Source: Eledone cirrhosa (Eukaryota). Taken from it: a stretch of 64,000 bases of DNA. The stretch is from assembly GCA_964016885.1 (NCBI GenBank), contig OZ024740.1, positions 248,434,001-248,498,000 on the forward strand. The letters are read 5' to 3'. This document shows, one piece after another, positions 26,558 through 38,200 of this stretch (positions are counted from its first letter, which is position 1; the number at the start of each line of letters is the position of its first letter). Below the pieces are notes generated by a model that did not search any database, was not told the origin of the DNA, and saw nothing but the letters and a program-made list of their open reading frames with translations. A program made the position numbers and the translations under genes.

Positions 26558-26705
26558 ACGCTTCTTGTACTTCCATTATCATTCATTATTATAAACATTT
26601 TAATACGTCATGGAATATCCGGTATTAGCGAGATAGGTAGGTGTCTCCCTTTTCGGAAGAAAATACATATACGTGTATGTATGAGAATATATATATATAT
26701 GACCA

Positions 26706-26750
<45 letters not shown>

Positions 26751-27289
26751 TAGCTGAGCTACTCGGTGATTCCCGTGTATTTTATTTAAGTTACAATATT
26801 TGACCATTGAAATATGGTTGCTGAATTTTAACTAAATTAGGAATTATAGCAGAATATTTATTGGCGTTTTTTTTTAAAGCAAATCATGTACATAGAAATA
26901 TTACTAGTTTTGTCCAGTGGTGGTTTTTTAAATACTGCTCCCTATTACAGTCAGGATATATAATGCTTCGCACTTGGGAGAATCATTAGGTATGTTGTCA
27001 GTGAAAAGAGCATGACCCAAAAAAATAAATTTAGATTTTATTTATCCGTTTTTTTTTGCACAATCAAAACCTCTGAAATTCAAAAAAAATGTGAAGGCTA
27101 TTTTAAAAAGCATAAATAAAATTAAATAAAAAAAATAAATTTACCATTGGTTTATGAATGAATGGAGAATTTACTTATTTCTGTAATTCAGGAAAGTTTA
27201 TTTAAATGTGTGTAAGTCTGGTAAATATATACATATACACCAGGAACCAAACTCCCACTGTCACTGCCTCCATCTCTCCCGATCTCCCC

Positions 27290-27590
27290 ATCACTCACTA
27301 TTATGAGCAAATTGGAGGCCCACGCGCTGGAATAGGGGATGGCGAGGGAGACGCGCTGGAAAATCCATTCCGGCTTGCGATGCTCACCCCTGCGGGTAGG
27401 CAACTCTTAGTCGATGGTGGTGAGTTGGGAGTTAGCCCTAGAGCCAAGGACACCAGAAGTCTCCATTGCTATGGGCTAAACAACGAACCTGTCGGAAAGC
27501 GACCGATATTTGGAGTTTACCCTCCTTGGCCCAAAGTGCGACAGAGCCTGGGTTAATAAAATTTTAACGCTGTAGCTTTCACCAACTTTT
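27290..27590 (-). mobile_element. CRE-like RLE non-LTR retrotransposon C-terminal remnant
   Basis: Hand translation through stops gives KYRSLSDRFVV*PIAMETSGVLG...RGEHRKPEWIFQRVSLAI, matching the KY..L..P.A.ET.G..G...QR.SLAI C-terminus of CRE-type elements. Confidence 0.62.
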
Positions 27591-27690
27591 ACCTCTATGG
27601 CAGTAGAATCTTGTTTGAGGGAGATTTGTTTTCTATTTCTTTTAGGTACACCAACAGTTATAGTGGCTTCCATGACATACATACATATGA

Positions 27691-27776
<86 letters not shown>

Positions 27777-28119
27777 GCGTGTGTGTGTGAGTGTGTAAGA
27801 CTATTAGCTGTGATTTGAAATGGATTTTGCTAATATTTCTAGTAGATCGAGGTGTCACATACAACCTTTCCTTTTTTGCTTCATACATGGATTTGAAGAA
27901 ACTTTGGCTGCTATTTCTAACAGATCGAGCTTGCATCCATAAAAAGATCTCACTTATACTACTGCACATAGTAGAGGTACCCAGCAATGTCTGTATGTCC
28001 TTCCAAAGTAACACGATGCAGTAAAGCTGCAAGTTCAGAATTAGTTACAAACTATATGACTAAGGAATTAGTATCTATTGTCATTGAAGGAGGAATTACG
28101 ATATTGCTCATTCCAAAGC

Positions 28120-29144
28120 CTCTGGATAAACAACATTCTTGGTTTTGCCCTATGGTGCTACAGTGATGAGACAATTAGGGTCTCCAACCCTTGTACCAAC
28201 GACTTTCAATGATTGCCCTTGAGATTTATTGATGGTCATGGCAAATCTGAGTCTGATAGGAAATTGAAGTCTTTGAAATTCAAATAGCAAATCAGTTGTC
28301 TTCAGAGGTATTCTGGGAATGAAACAATTGTCACCAGCAAATTTTCTTGACATGGTTGCAACTTCTAGCAGGTGGTGGTTGTGTCAACTGATGAGCAGTG
28401 GTTTCAGTGAAATACACTCTCTATCCATTTTCTAGATGGACTGCGAGGTTGACCTCTGTTGGATAGTGTTGGTGGATATCAAATCCAAAGATCCACCAGA
28501 TAGATTCATTGCTGGAGATGTATCAACCTGTCTGATACTGTTTGACCTCAACCAGCTCACCATCATTGAGTTCCTTGTCAATAACAAAGGTAGCCATGTC
28601 ACTGCCCTTGTTGATATATTTTGTGATATATAGTATTGCTTTGATAGAGCTGCAATACTCAACATTGATATGAGCTCTTAGAAGTTGACACAACATTTTG
28701 GCTCTCTTTCTCTTTCTCTCTCTTTCGCCCCCCCCCCCTCCCTCTCTTTCTCTTTCTCTTATCCTCTCTCTCCCTCATCCCCTCGCTCTCTTTCTCTACA
28801 GAATGAAGATCAAAAAAACAAATAAGTTGTTGCCTCGTTTTGGAGAACTGAATTGTGGGAGGAGTAATGGGAGTAGTGGGAGGGAGGGTTTAACATAGAG
28901 TAGTAGTATCTCCCCTTCCCCCTCTCTCACTGAAACGTCTTCTCTTTCCTCCTCCATTGTAAAGATGTCTCCAAGGGTTCCATTATTGATTTTTTTAAAT
29001 CCAATTAACCAGTCCTATTTCTGAATATTTGCTTAACATGTGTGTAAAGTTTCATCATGATCGGATCACTGGTGTAGGCACCAATTGGTTATACACAGAT
29101 ACAGAGATACACAGACAGACAGAAATTGCCATTTATATAGTATA
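28120..29144 (-). mobile_element. Helitron remnant (PIF1-like helicase fragments and putative 5' end)
   Basis: FIPRIPL...RLQFPIRLRFAMTINKSQGQSLKVVG; KQYYIS..KG.D.A and YISSNE.IW.I Rep-region pieces; 5'-like end ACTATATAAAT..(CTGT)n at about 29105-29144. A possible 3' end CTAG with a subterminal imperfect hairpin lies at 26750-26778. Confidence 0.78.
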
Positions 29145-29148
29145 TATA

Positions 29149-29181
<33 letters not shown>

Positions 29182-29193
29182 GCACACACACAC

Positions 29194-29346
<153 letters not shown>

Positions 29347-29479
29347 CGCGTGTGTGTGTATACACACACACACATATATATATATATATGTGTTTGTGTG
29401 TTTGTGTGTCTGTGTGTGTGTATTTTGCAAAATTTTATATATATATATATATATATATTGCGAAGTTTTTGATATGAAA

Positions 29480-30715
29480 TTGTATGTTGAAACAGATATT
29501 GTTATATTTGGAGAGGATCAAGTTATCCTAATATTGCCACAAAAAGCAAACACTCACTGTTTGGTTTAGTTAGACCAACAGTTCAAAAATATGAATATAT
29601 ATAGTTCTTTCGTCACACATATCTGTGACATCTTCAGCGATTATCGTGTTTCATCCCGTTGTGGTCCTACAACGATTTTTTTGCTGTTGTTCTGTTTGCG
29701 CATGCGTTTGTGTGCGTGTATTCTGTTTGGTGTGTGCTTGTGTGTTCGTGTCTGTGTCTGCATGTGTTTATATGTTTATATTCTACCTTTATTCACTAGT
29801 GTGTATTTATGCGTAGGTGTTGTTATTGCATTTGTGCGTATTTATATTTATTTATGTTTGATCACAATTATGTGTTTGTGTATAGTTGTTATTCCACTCA
29901 TGTTTTCTGTTCAGCCTAGGGCTATTTAGTTCTATTTCTGTAACCTCCCTAATTTGTCTAATTGTTGAGTCATTCCTACGTTTCGATATTATTTTAATTT
30001 CTATTGTCTATATTACCATCATGTATTAGTCTGGCGTGTTCATATAGTATTTAATTGTCTTTTGGTACATTTAGTACACTCCAGTGTTCATCTAGTCATC
30101 TAGTCCCTCTCCTATGCTCCCAGCTGTCTCTCCTATGTATGTCGTTGTCATGTTTCTGCAGGTCCCCCTCTGTACATCTTACACTATAGACTACATTTCT
30201 AGTTTTACTATTTATTTGTGGACTTACTCTACATATTACACATTTCTTATTTGTACAGTGGGTTTTCTTAACGGGGTAACTTTTGTTGATAAGGGTTTTT
30301 ACGGTAGTTCCTGGCTTTTCTACCACTTTCTACCACTTTCTACCACTAAATTGGCCAGCTAGTTCACCTCCAGGGGTTGCATCCACGAACAGGACACTCT
30401 GGTATCTCTAGTTGTTGTAAAATAAGTTGGCATTCCCTATCTTTTGTCTAATCCTATCAATGTTATTCCATTACAACGGGAAAATTCCTTCCATGTCCAT
30501 CTCTATGGCTGCTTTGTACATCCTGATACTGTCTCTTTGGTTGTAGCCAGAGAAATGCATGTGATTGATGAAGTGTTGTACGTATCTTTCAAGTTCAATT
30601 GGATCGCAAATGCGGGACACATTTTTCATCACATTTACTAAGTCTGTGATCAGGATATTAAATTTACCACTATTGGACATCACCGAGTTTTTGTGTATCG
30701 GTAGAGCGTCAGACA
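29480..30715 (-). mobile_element. Penelope-like retroelement 3' remnant (RT thumb, GIY-YIG endonuclease, 3' pseudo-LTR)
   Basis: LPIHKNSVMSNSGKFNIL..DL, CTNKKCVIC, KTRNVVYSVRC and frameshifted YIGET. A hammerhead core lies downstream on the same strand. Confidence 0.75.
29602..29637 (-). ncRNA. Hammerhead ribozyme core in the Penelope-like 3' region (stem I degraded)
   Basis: CUGAAGA U GUCACA-GAUAUG-UGUGAC GAAA GAAC UA: intact core and 6-bp stem II, but no convincing stem I. Confidence 0.6.
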
Positions 30716-30868
30716 TCATGCTTTGCAGCATAGAGTTATGACCCTTTGCGTTCTGATTTCAATTCATGCCGAGGTTAGCTTTGCCTTTCATCCTTACAGG
30801 GTCGATAAAATAAAGCACAGGTAATGCATTGGGTAATTGCTGGCCTTGTGCCAAAAGTAGAAACAATT
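30696..30868 (+). mobile_element. SINE family A
   Basis: Conserved body and tail followed by (ATT)n. Confidence 0.88.
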
Positions 30869-30884
30869 ATTATTATTATTATTT

Positions 30885-33800
30885 TTATTGTTTTTCCTTT
30901 TCCTTCAATATTGTTTCTGATATATGCTGAGTGTCTTCCTGACACCTAGGGCTGTATACACTGTATACATTGGTAAGCCAGTTAATACACCACATTGAAT
31001 ATAATTTACAGATTATCCTTCTTACAGAGGATATCATTCCCACAGAGATAGTGTTCTTCTCAATACGTGTTCAGTACCAGTCAAAACAATTTTTTACACC
31101 TCTTGCAGAGAGGGTAAACCAGGAATCATTCTCAAATACTGTTCTGTTCCTTTCTTGATCGTTCCAAGTGCTCGCTCCTACAATCACTGGTATTGTAACG
31201 GCCTTGAGGTGTCACATTTTTTCGATTTCAATAATCACATCTATATATTTTCTTAGCTTGTAGAATTCTTTTGTTCATATCAATCAGTAAACAGACCTTG
31301 CTATGTTGGTCTTTTACAATGATATCTGGTCTATTAGCTTTTATGGTCCAGTCAGTATGTAGAGGAAAGTACCAAAGAATTGGTACTTTTTCTCCTTCAG
31401 TTACAGCCTCAGGATGATGATTGACCCACTTATCAGCAGCTTTGATTTTATAATGCCGACATATTAACCAGTGTAGATATTGGCCAACTCTGTCATGTCT
31501 ATATTTGTACTTTACTGGGGCTAAAACTTTACACCCAGAAACTAAGTGGTCCACTGTTTCAACCTCAACATTGCAGAATTGGCACTTTGGATTTACTCCA
31601 TTTCTCATCACATTGACCTGGTAATTCCGTGTTAGTAAGCTTCGATCTTGGGCAGCTAAGATGAAGCCTTCGCTCTCTGCTTTTAGCCCTGAGCTATGTA
31701 GCTTTTGGTGTGCTTTTGGTCAGCATTTTGTTTCCTACGGGCTACATATTTGCCATGCAGAGGTTTTTGCTCCCACTTTGATGCTAATTGCTCTTGCCCT
31801 TTTGCTTTTGCCATTAATTTTATGTGCTCAGCAGCATCAAATGCAAGTTTCTTTAGTCTGTCCAGCCTGGAGACCAAGCATGAGATCAGTAGCATATTTT
31901 TTGCTCTCCTTCAAGATAGAATGAAGCTTCTTACTTCTCTCATGTTTTTCAATAAGTTTCAGCATACAGTCGTTAGTTGTTTCAAGGTATTTGGCCAGTC
32001 CAATAGTGGTGGTCTTGTAGGTAAGTTCAGATTGAATCAGACCACGGTCTCCTTGAGTTCTAGGAAGGTAAAGACGACCCACATCTGCTTTCGTGAAGTG
32101 TATCCTATTACAGGTCAGTAACTTACGGCTTTCGGTGTCGATTCTTTTAATTTCACTCATATTCCAGTTCAACACACCGAAGCAATAAGTGACAACTGGA
32201 ACTGCCAAGGAATTTATGGCTAACACCTTGTTATGAGCATTTAGTTCTGATTATCCTCTCTTTCATACTTGCATGCTGAATGTCAGAGCCCTCATTAACC
32301 CCTAAGTATTTACACGTTTGTACCTGCTCAAGTTCTGTTATGACTGTTTCAGCATCTAATTCAACCGAGTTTGAGTTGATAAGCTTCCCCTTCTTCAAAG
32401 TGGCTTTAGCACACTTATCAGGTCCAAATTCCATCCTGATGTCATCACTAAATGTTTACTGTCCCCAAAAGCCTTCCAGCTCGTCATTGTCTTTGCAATA
32501 TAACTTTAAATCATCCATATAAAATAGGTGGCTTATTTTCTTGTTGTCAATTTTGTAACAGTACTCTGTTCTATTAAGTTCGGATGTAAAGGGTATTAAA
32601 GCTATACCCCCAAAAATAAAGGAGAAAGTGAATTATGTGGAAAATGCCACAGTTGATGTTTATATTCTTAGAACTTAGTACTCCATTGGAATGAAATAAT
32701 TGGAGATTTGTGTTGTACAATGACATATTGTGTTTCGGGAAGTTTGAAATCACAGGTGAGATTTTGAAGATGTCCAGTGATTTCAGAATCCATGAGTGTG
32801 GTATGCTGTCAAAAGCTTTTTTGTAGTCGATCCATGCAGAACTGAGATTTCTGTGTTTATTATGGCAGTTCTCAAGGATCATACGATTAATCAAGAGTTG
32901 ATCTTTACAGCCATATGAACCTCATCGGCACCCTTTTTGTTCAATGGGGAAAAGATTGTTCCCCTCCAATAACACGTATGCTTTCTCCATGAGAATAGAT
33001 GTTAAGATTTTAGAAGTGGTGGACAAACAAGTAATGGGCCGATAGATTTTTTAATCTTTAGTTTCCTTGTTCTTTGGGAGAAGGTAAGTAATGCCACTTG
33101 CTATCCAGTCAGGTATATTTTTTGGATTTTTCATAATTCAGCTTGTCTAAAATATTGTGAGTGCACGGGAGTGAGGAAAGCCAGAAATTTGCCACCCTAT
33201 CTCTACCAGGAGAATTCCACTCATGAGCTTTATTGAGTGCTGTCCTTAAGTCTATAGAGATATCTTCCCGTGCCTATTCTTGTAAATTTGTGTAAGATTT
33301 TCCAAGCGACTGATCCAATCTATATTACCATTATGTTACTTCTCATCACTCCAAATCTTTCTCCAAAGGTTTTCAACTTCTATGGACGGAGGGTCTTCAA
33401 ATAGTTATTTTCTCCTTTCCTATTTTCTTATGACTTGGCATTGGATGTGAATAACTTATTTTGCCTCTAGAAGTTGTTTCGCTTCACAAATCTACGAATT
33501 CGTTGGGCTTTTACCTTCAGAGTTTCCTTTGTTGATATTAGTACTTCTCTAGAAAAAAGTCCATATTTTCTCTTTAGTTTTGTTACCTTCTAGGATCTTA
33601 TATCATTTCCAGTGATTAGCTCATTCAGTAAAGATATTTCTTCTCTCATTAGGCCAATCTCCTTTTCAATTCTACTCCTCCAAATTGGTTTACTTATCAA
33701 GTTAGACTTTCTTTGTTCTTTTGGTGGTAAACAACTTGTTTCAATTATTCTAGCAGATGCATAAATGATTTCATTTAACTCAGTAAGATCAGGTTCTAAT

Positions 33801-35028
33801 TCTTCAATGATTTCTTTTGTTACAGAGTTACCAACCATTATTTGTTTTTTTTGGGGATTGGCAGTATCAGTAGAGGGTCGGACGCCATGCTTTCCAGCAT
33901 AGTTACGTCCCTTTACGATCTGAGTTCAAATCCCGCCGAGGTTGACTTTGCCTTTCATCCTTACGGGGTCGATAAAATAAAGTACCAGTAATGCACTGGC
34001 CTTGTGCCTAAAGTAGAAACAATTATTTTTTTTTTTTTAATTTTGGATTGTATTTTGGAGCTTTTGAAGTGGTTCTCTATCATTTATACGAGTATGTCTT
34101 ACAACTGCAAGCTCATTCAGTATTTTCTGTTTCAACTCCTTCATAAACTTTCTGTGTTCTTCAGCAAAAGTTTGGTCTTCAAGTACTGTTTCTATACCCC
34201 ACTCCTGGCTATTTTCAGCAGATTCAATAGGACTTCTCATTTCTACAAACCTATTTGAGATTTTATCAGATGGAGGTCTCTCGGTAAAGAATTGAGACTA
34301 GTTACTATCTCCAGGAATTCTTCAGTTCTTTCATGACTTATATTTATGTCATTCTCCACAGCACCCTTCATCGCAGTTATTTCAGTATCTTTTCGGGTTC
34401 ATTTCATCCTTTTATAATTTTCTTTTTGGGGTGGCTTGGGTGGGGATCTGGGGGGCTCGAGTTGGGGCAATCCCCGTTCAAGTGACCATCCCGGTCCATT
34501 ATCGGAGTAGAGTTTGTGCCAGAGGAGTACTTTTCGATCTCAGGTTGGCACCTTCCTGAGGGACGCGCTTCTTGGTTAACTAGAGGACAAGCGATTTGGT
34601 GTTCTGTATTAATTTTTATTTGTTCTTCCCGCAATACATACTTGCGTTACACATGGAATTGGAAGTCCATGGAATGTTACCCGGCTCTTTGGGTAGTGCA
34701 ATGGTTGATCAGCAGTGAAATCATTATTTCCATTATAACAACAGTATAGTTATGACCAGTGCAGTTGTTGATTGAGGTGATGTTGTTATGGTTGTAGCTG
34801 TAAGAGGTGTAAGAGAATTTTCTCAACTATTCATGTGGTAAGAGTGGTGTTGGTGGTGGTAGTGGGGGGATTGATGTTGGAGGTGGGGGTGCTGGGAGTG
34901 GTAGTATGGAAGGTGACATTGTAGCTTATTTAAGTTGCTTCTCCAACGTTATGTTCTATTTTGTAATATTATAGTTTTCTTACTGTTGAGTGTGAGGTGT
35001 AAATGGGGTGATGGTAGTTTTTGTTTCA
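30885..35028 (-). mobile_element. R4/Dong-clade LINE (RT plus restriction-like endonuclease), near full length, degenerate
   Basis: AWIDYKKAFDSIPHSW, HLFYMDDLK, KYLGV, RLYLPR..GRGL, CQFC..ETVDHL..C, RHD and ANRPDII..CLLID. Flanked by (ATT)n. Confidence 0.9.
33853..34024 (+). mobile_element. SINE family A nested in the R4-like LINE
   Basis: Almost identical to 35043-35224 apart from a short deletion in the tail; ATTATTT..TTTT on both sides. Confidence 0.92.
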
Positions 35029-35042
35029 TTATTATTATTATT

Positions 35043-35224
35043 GGTGGATTGGCAGTATCAGTAGAGGGTCGGACGCCATGCTTTCCAGCATAGTTACGTC
35101 CCTTTACGATCTGAGTTCAAATCCCGCCGAGGTTGACTTTGCCTTTCATCCTTACGGGGTCGATAAAATAAAGTACCAGTAATGCACTGGGTAATTGCTG
35201 GCCTTGTGCCTAAAGTAGAAACAA
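35043..35224 (+). mobile_element. SINE family A, full length, within (ATT)n
   Basis: tRNA-like head with A and B boxes, conserved body, tail TGGCCTTGTGCCTAAAGTAGAAACA. Confidence 0.93.
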
Positions 35225-35238
35225 TTATTATTATTATT

Positions 35239-38200
35239 GGGTCTGAACGGACGTCTTTTTGCTCGCTCTCGTAAGTTATTTATTTACCTGTCAAAACTTA
35301 TTTATTGAATTTTTTGTTGTTGTGTAAGGGATACAAGCTCTTGGACTTTGCTCTGTGAAGGCGAAAGTATAATATTTGGGTCTTTTGGCCCAAATATTTG
35401 AACTTTTTTATATTTTAAAAAATTATCGAAAAAAAAAACAAAAAAAAACAATGGCTGGGCCACGCCTCCCCCCCCCCCCCCCCAGCGATATGTCTGCTGT
35501 CGTGCGACAAAGACGTAAAAGTTGAGAGGAAATTAACAGAAATGGATACAACAAACACCACCACAAACAATGTGAACAAAGATACCAATGATAACAACAC
35601 TGAGAAAAATGACAGTAACAGCGACAACCAAAATACAGATAACAGAAAAAATGACAACAATATCAACACCACTAACATGAAAACAAATAGCGACAACACC
35701 AACAGCAACAATACCAACTGCACCGAGAACAACAACAACGGCGGCACCAAAGACTACAATGATAACAGCAACAGTGATAGCAACAACAACACCAACAAGA
35801 ACAATGACAACAACAACACCCCAAACGACAACAAGAACACTTTCGCTGCGGCAGCAGCAAAAACGAGGCCATGCTTCAACATGGATCTCTCAAACAAAGA
35901 TGAAAAGTTGGCCCAGGCCTGGAAGCTCATCAAGCAAGAGCAAACCTGGGCCAAATTAACTGTCCCGGTAGAAGCTATTGAGGCAGTGGAGCGCAGAACG
36001 GTGCATTATAGATGCATCTCAGCACAAACCAACTGGGCAGCTTTAATCCCACAAGCAGATGTCGAAGTCGCGCTGAGGTGCATCAGAGAAGACACCGAAT
36101 ACATAGCAAGGGGCAGACAATTCGGCACCATTTCGGTGCTGTTTAAGTCAGAAGCCCTCGCTATGAAACATGCTATGACACCTTGCAAAACCAGCAAGGT
36201 CATAATGTACCCCTCCCACATGGGAAAAAGAATGGCCCGTCTCCGCATTCCCAGAATCCCGCCAGGACTTCACATGTGGTGGCTTCTGGGATGTGTGATT
36301 GTGGAGGGGACAGATACCGTCCCGATAGAAGTGACAAGAACTGCCAGAGAGGACTGGTCCGTGGTTAACCTGGAGATACTTCTCCAGATCAGGCCCGAGA
36401 ATGTGAAGACAATCCCGGACCACATCCGCCTTCAGAATGGGACGGTCATTCACATTATGACCGAGGGCAAAAGGCCGCATTGTTTTGTTTGTGGGGAAAA
36501 AACCCCATTTGCGAGCCTTCTGCCCTCAACTGCTGAAAAATGTAAGGGGTAGAAGGGATCCACTGCTGCCGACGCCGGGGCGAGGACCACAACCAACACC
36601 AGCACCGGCAAAACCACCAGCAACAACACCAATAGAAAGACCACCACCAACATTGACCACCCAGGGGGGAAACGAGGAAAGTTGTCAAATTTCCCCTCCC
36701 TCCAAAATACACACACCAATAAAAACATAAACACACCCACAGACACAGACCCCTCATCTACCAGTAGTGAAAATGAAAGAAAACCCAAATCCCCCAAAAT
36801 ACAAAAATGGAAACACAAAAAGAAAAGAAAACTCAGCAAAGCACAAAAACACCCACAATAAAAAATGCAGACACCACCCACGCAAACATCTCCCCAACAA
36901 CACCAACATCAACACCACCATCACCATCACCAGCATCCCCAACGCAAACAACCTAAACAGACGCAAGAACAAATACACACACAAACATCTGAAACCACAG
37001 ACACCGCACTCACAACAAACACAGACATAACCGAAACAACACCATCAAAACCATCACCACCACAGCCACGCAAACAAATAAAATCATACCAACAAAACAT
37101 ACAAAATTTCGTGCTTGTCGGGAAGGCCAACAAGGAACTGATGGCCCTCGTAGCACGAAGTGAAGAAATACAAAAAAGAGGGGGAATTTTTAAATCGAGC
37201 ACATTTCGCGTGCCGGAAGATTTGTTTCTGGTGCGAATGCCGCTCGATTTATACAAAGAGATACGAGACAGCTTTCCTCAGGACGTGGGAACTCCGAACG
37301 TAAAACCTACTTCAAGACTTTTAAAGGGGTTCCCAAAAGAAACCCCACTAACTATGGAGGTCGAACCACCCGACCTTCACAAGAACCCGGAAGGTAAGTA
37401 AACCTTTCCTCTCTCTCTTTTAGCCTGCTAACATGGCCGTATTAAGAGTAGGAAGTTTAAATGTTCGAGGCCTGGGATCGTCCTGGGTCACCTGGGTCAC
37501 CTGCTCAACGAGCCCAGGTCTCTAGAAATGGTTGTAATTGCCGTCAGCGAGACCAGGATTTTCGACACGCGCACACTAGCCCCCATTTTCGACGACTATC
37601 AGATCTGTTAGTCGGCCGGGAATTAGAGGTGGGGTGGCAGCATTGTTTAGGAAAGGCCTGGATCTCGAGGTAAGGTCGATCTTCTGGGACCCGGACGGTA
37701 AGTTGGTGGTCCTGGACATGAACAATAACGAAGGTAGTGCCTTTAGACTGCTGGCCGTCTACGCCCCTACTGGGGAAGGACGGCCGGACTTCTTTAGATG
37801 CCTGGAAGCCTTTCTGGGTACGTCTCGCCCTTTACTGTTAGCGGGGGACTGGAACAGCATCTTAGACGTACGCTGGGACTGTGCGGGAGTATCCGAGAGG
37901 AGCGGGGGTGCAAAAGCCTCAAGAACCTGATCAGCCAGTTATAACTGTCTGACAGATACCGACTAGATTTCCCTAATGCGCCAGTGTGGACCTGGACTAA
38001 CCGCATAGGGTCATCTAGATCGTATATAGACAGGATGCCCCAGCATGGCCTCAGCCGGATGGCTGGAACAGGTAAAAGAGTAAAAGAGAAATAATGTAAG
38101 CGGTCCATTTTTCAAAACGGTCGTCTATTCAGATCACAAGTTTGTGATCTGTATGGTTGACCTAGATAAGACCCGTGGGTTAGGACCTGGTTACTGGAAG

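Noticed and set aside
26396-26803. 135-aa ORF containing AAYAVVA repeats
   Set aside because: Explained by a 21-bp minisatellite plus (TA)n; no recognisable domain. Not a CRISPR array because there are no spacers.
35043-35130. tRNA-like A and B boxes in SINE heads
   Set aside because: No complete cloverleaf, and they continue into a repeated SINE body, so they are not tRNA genes.
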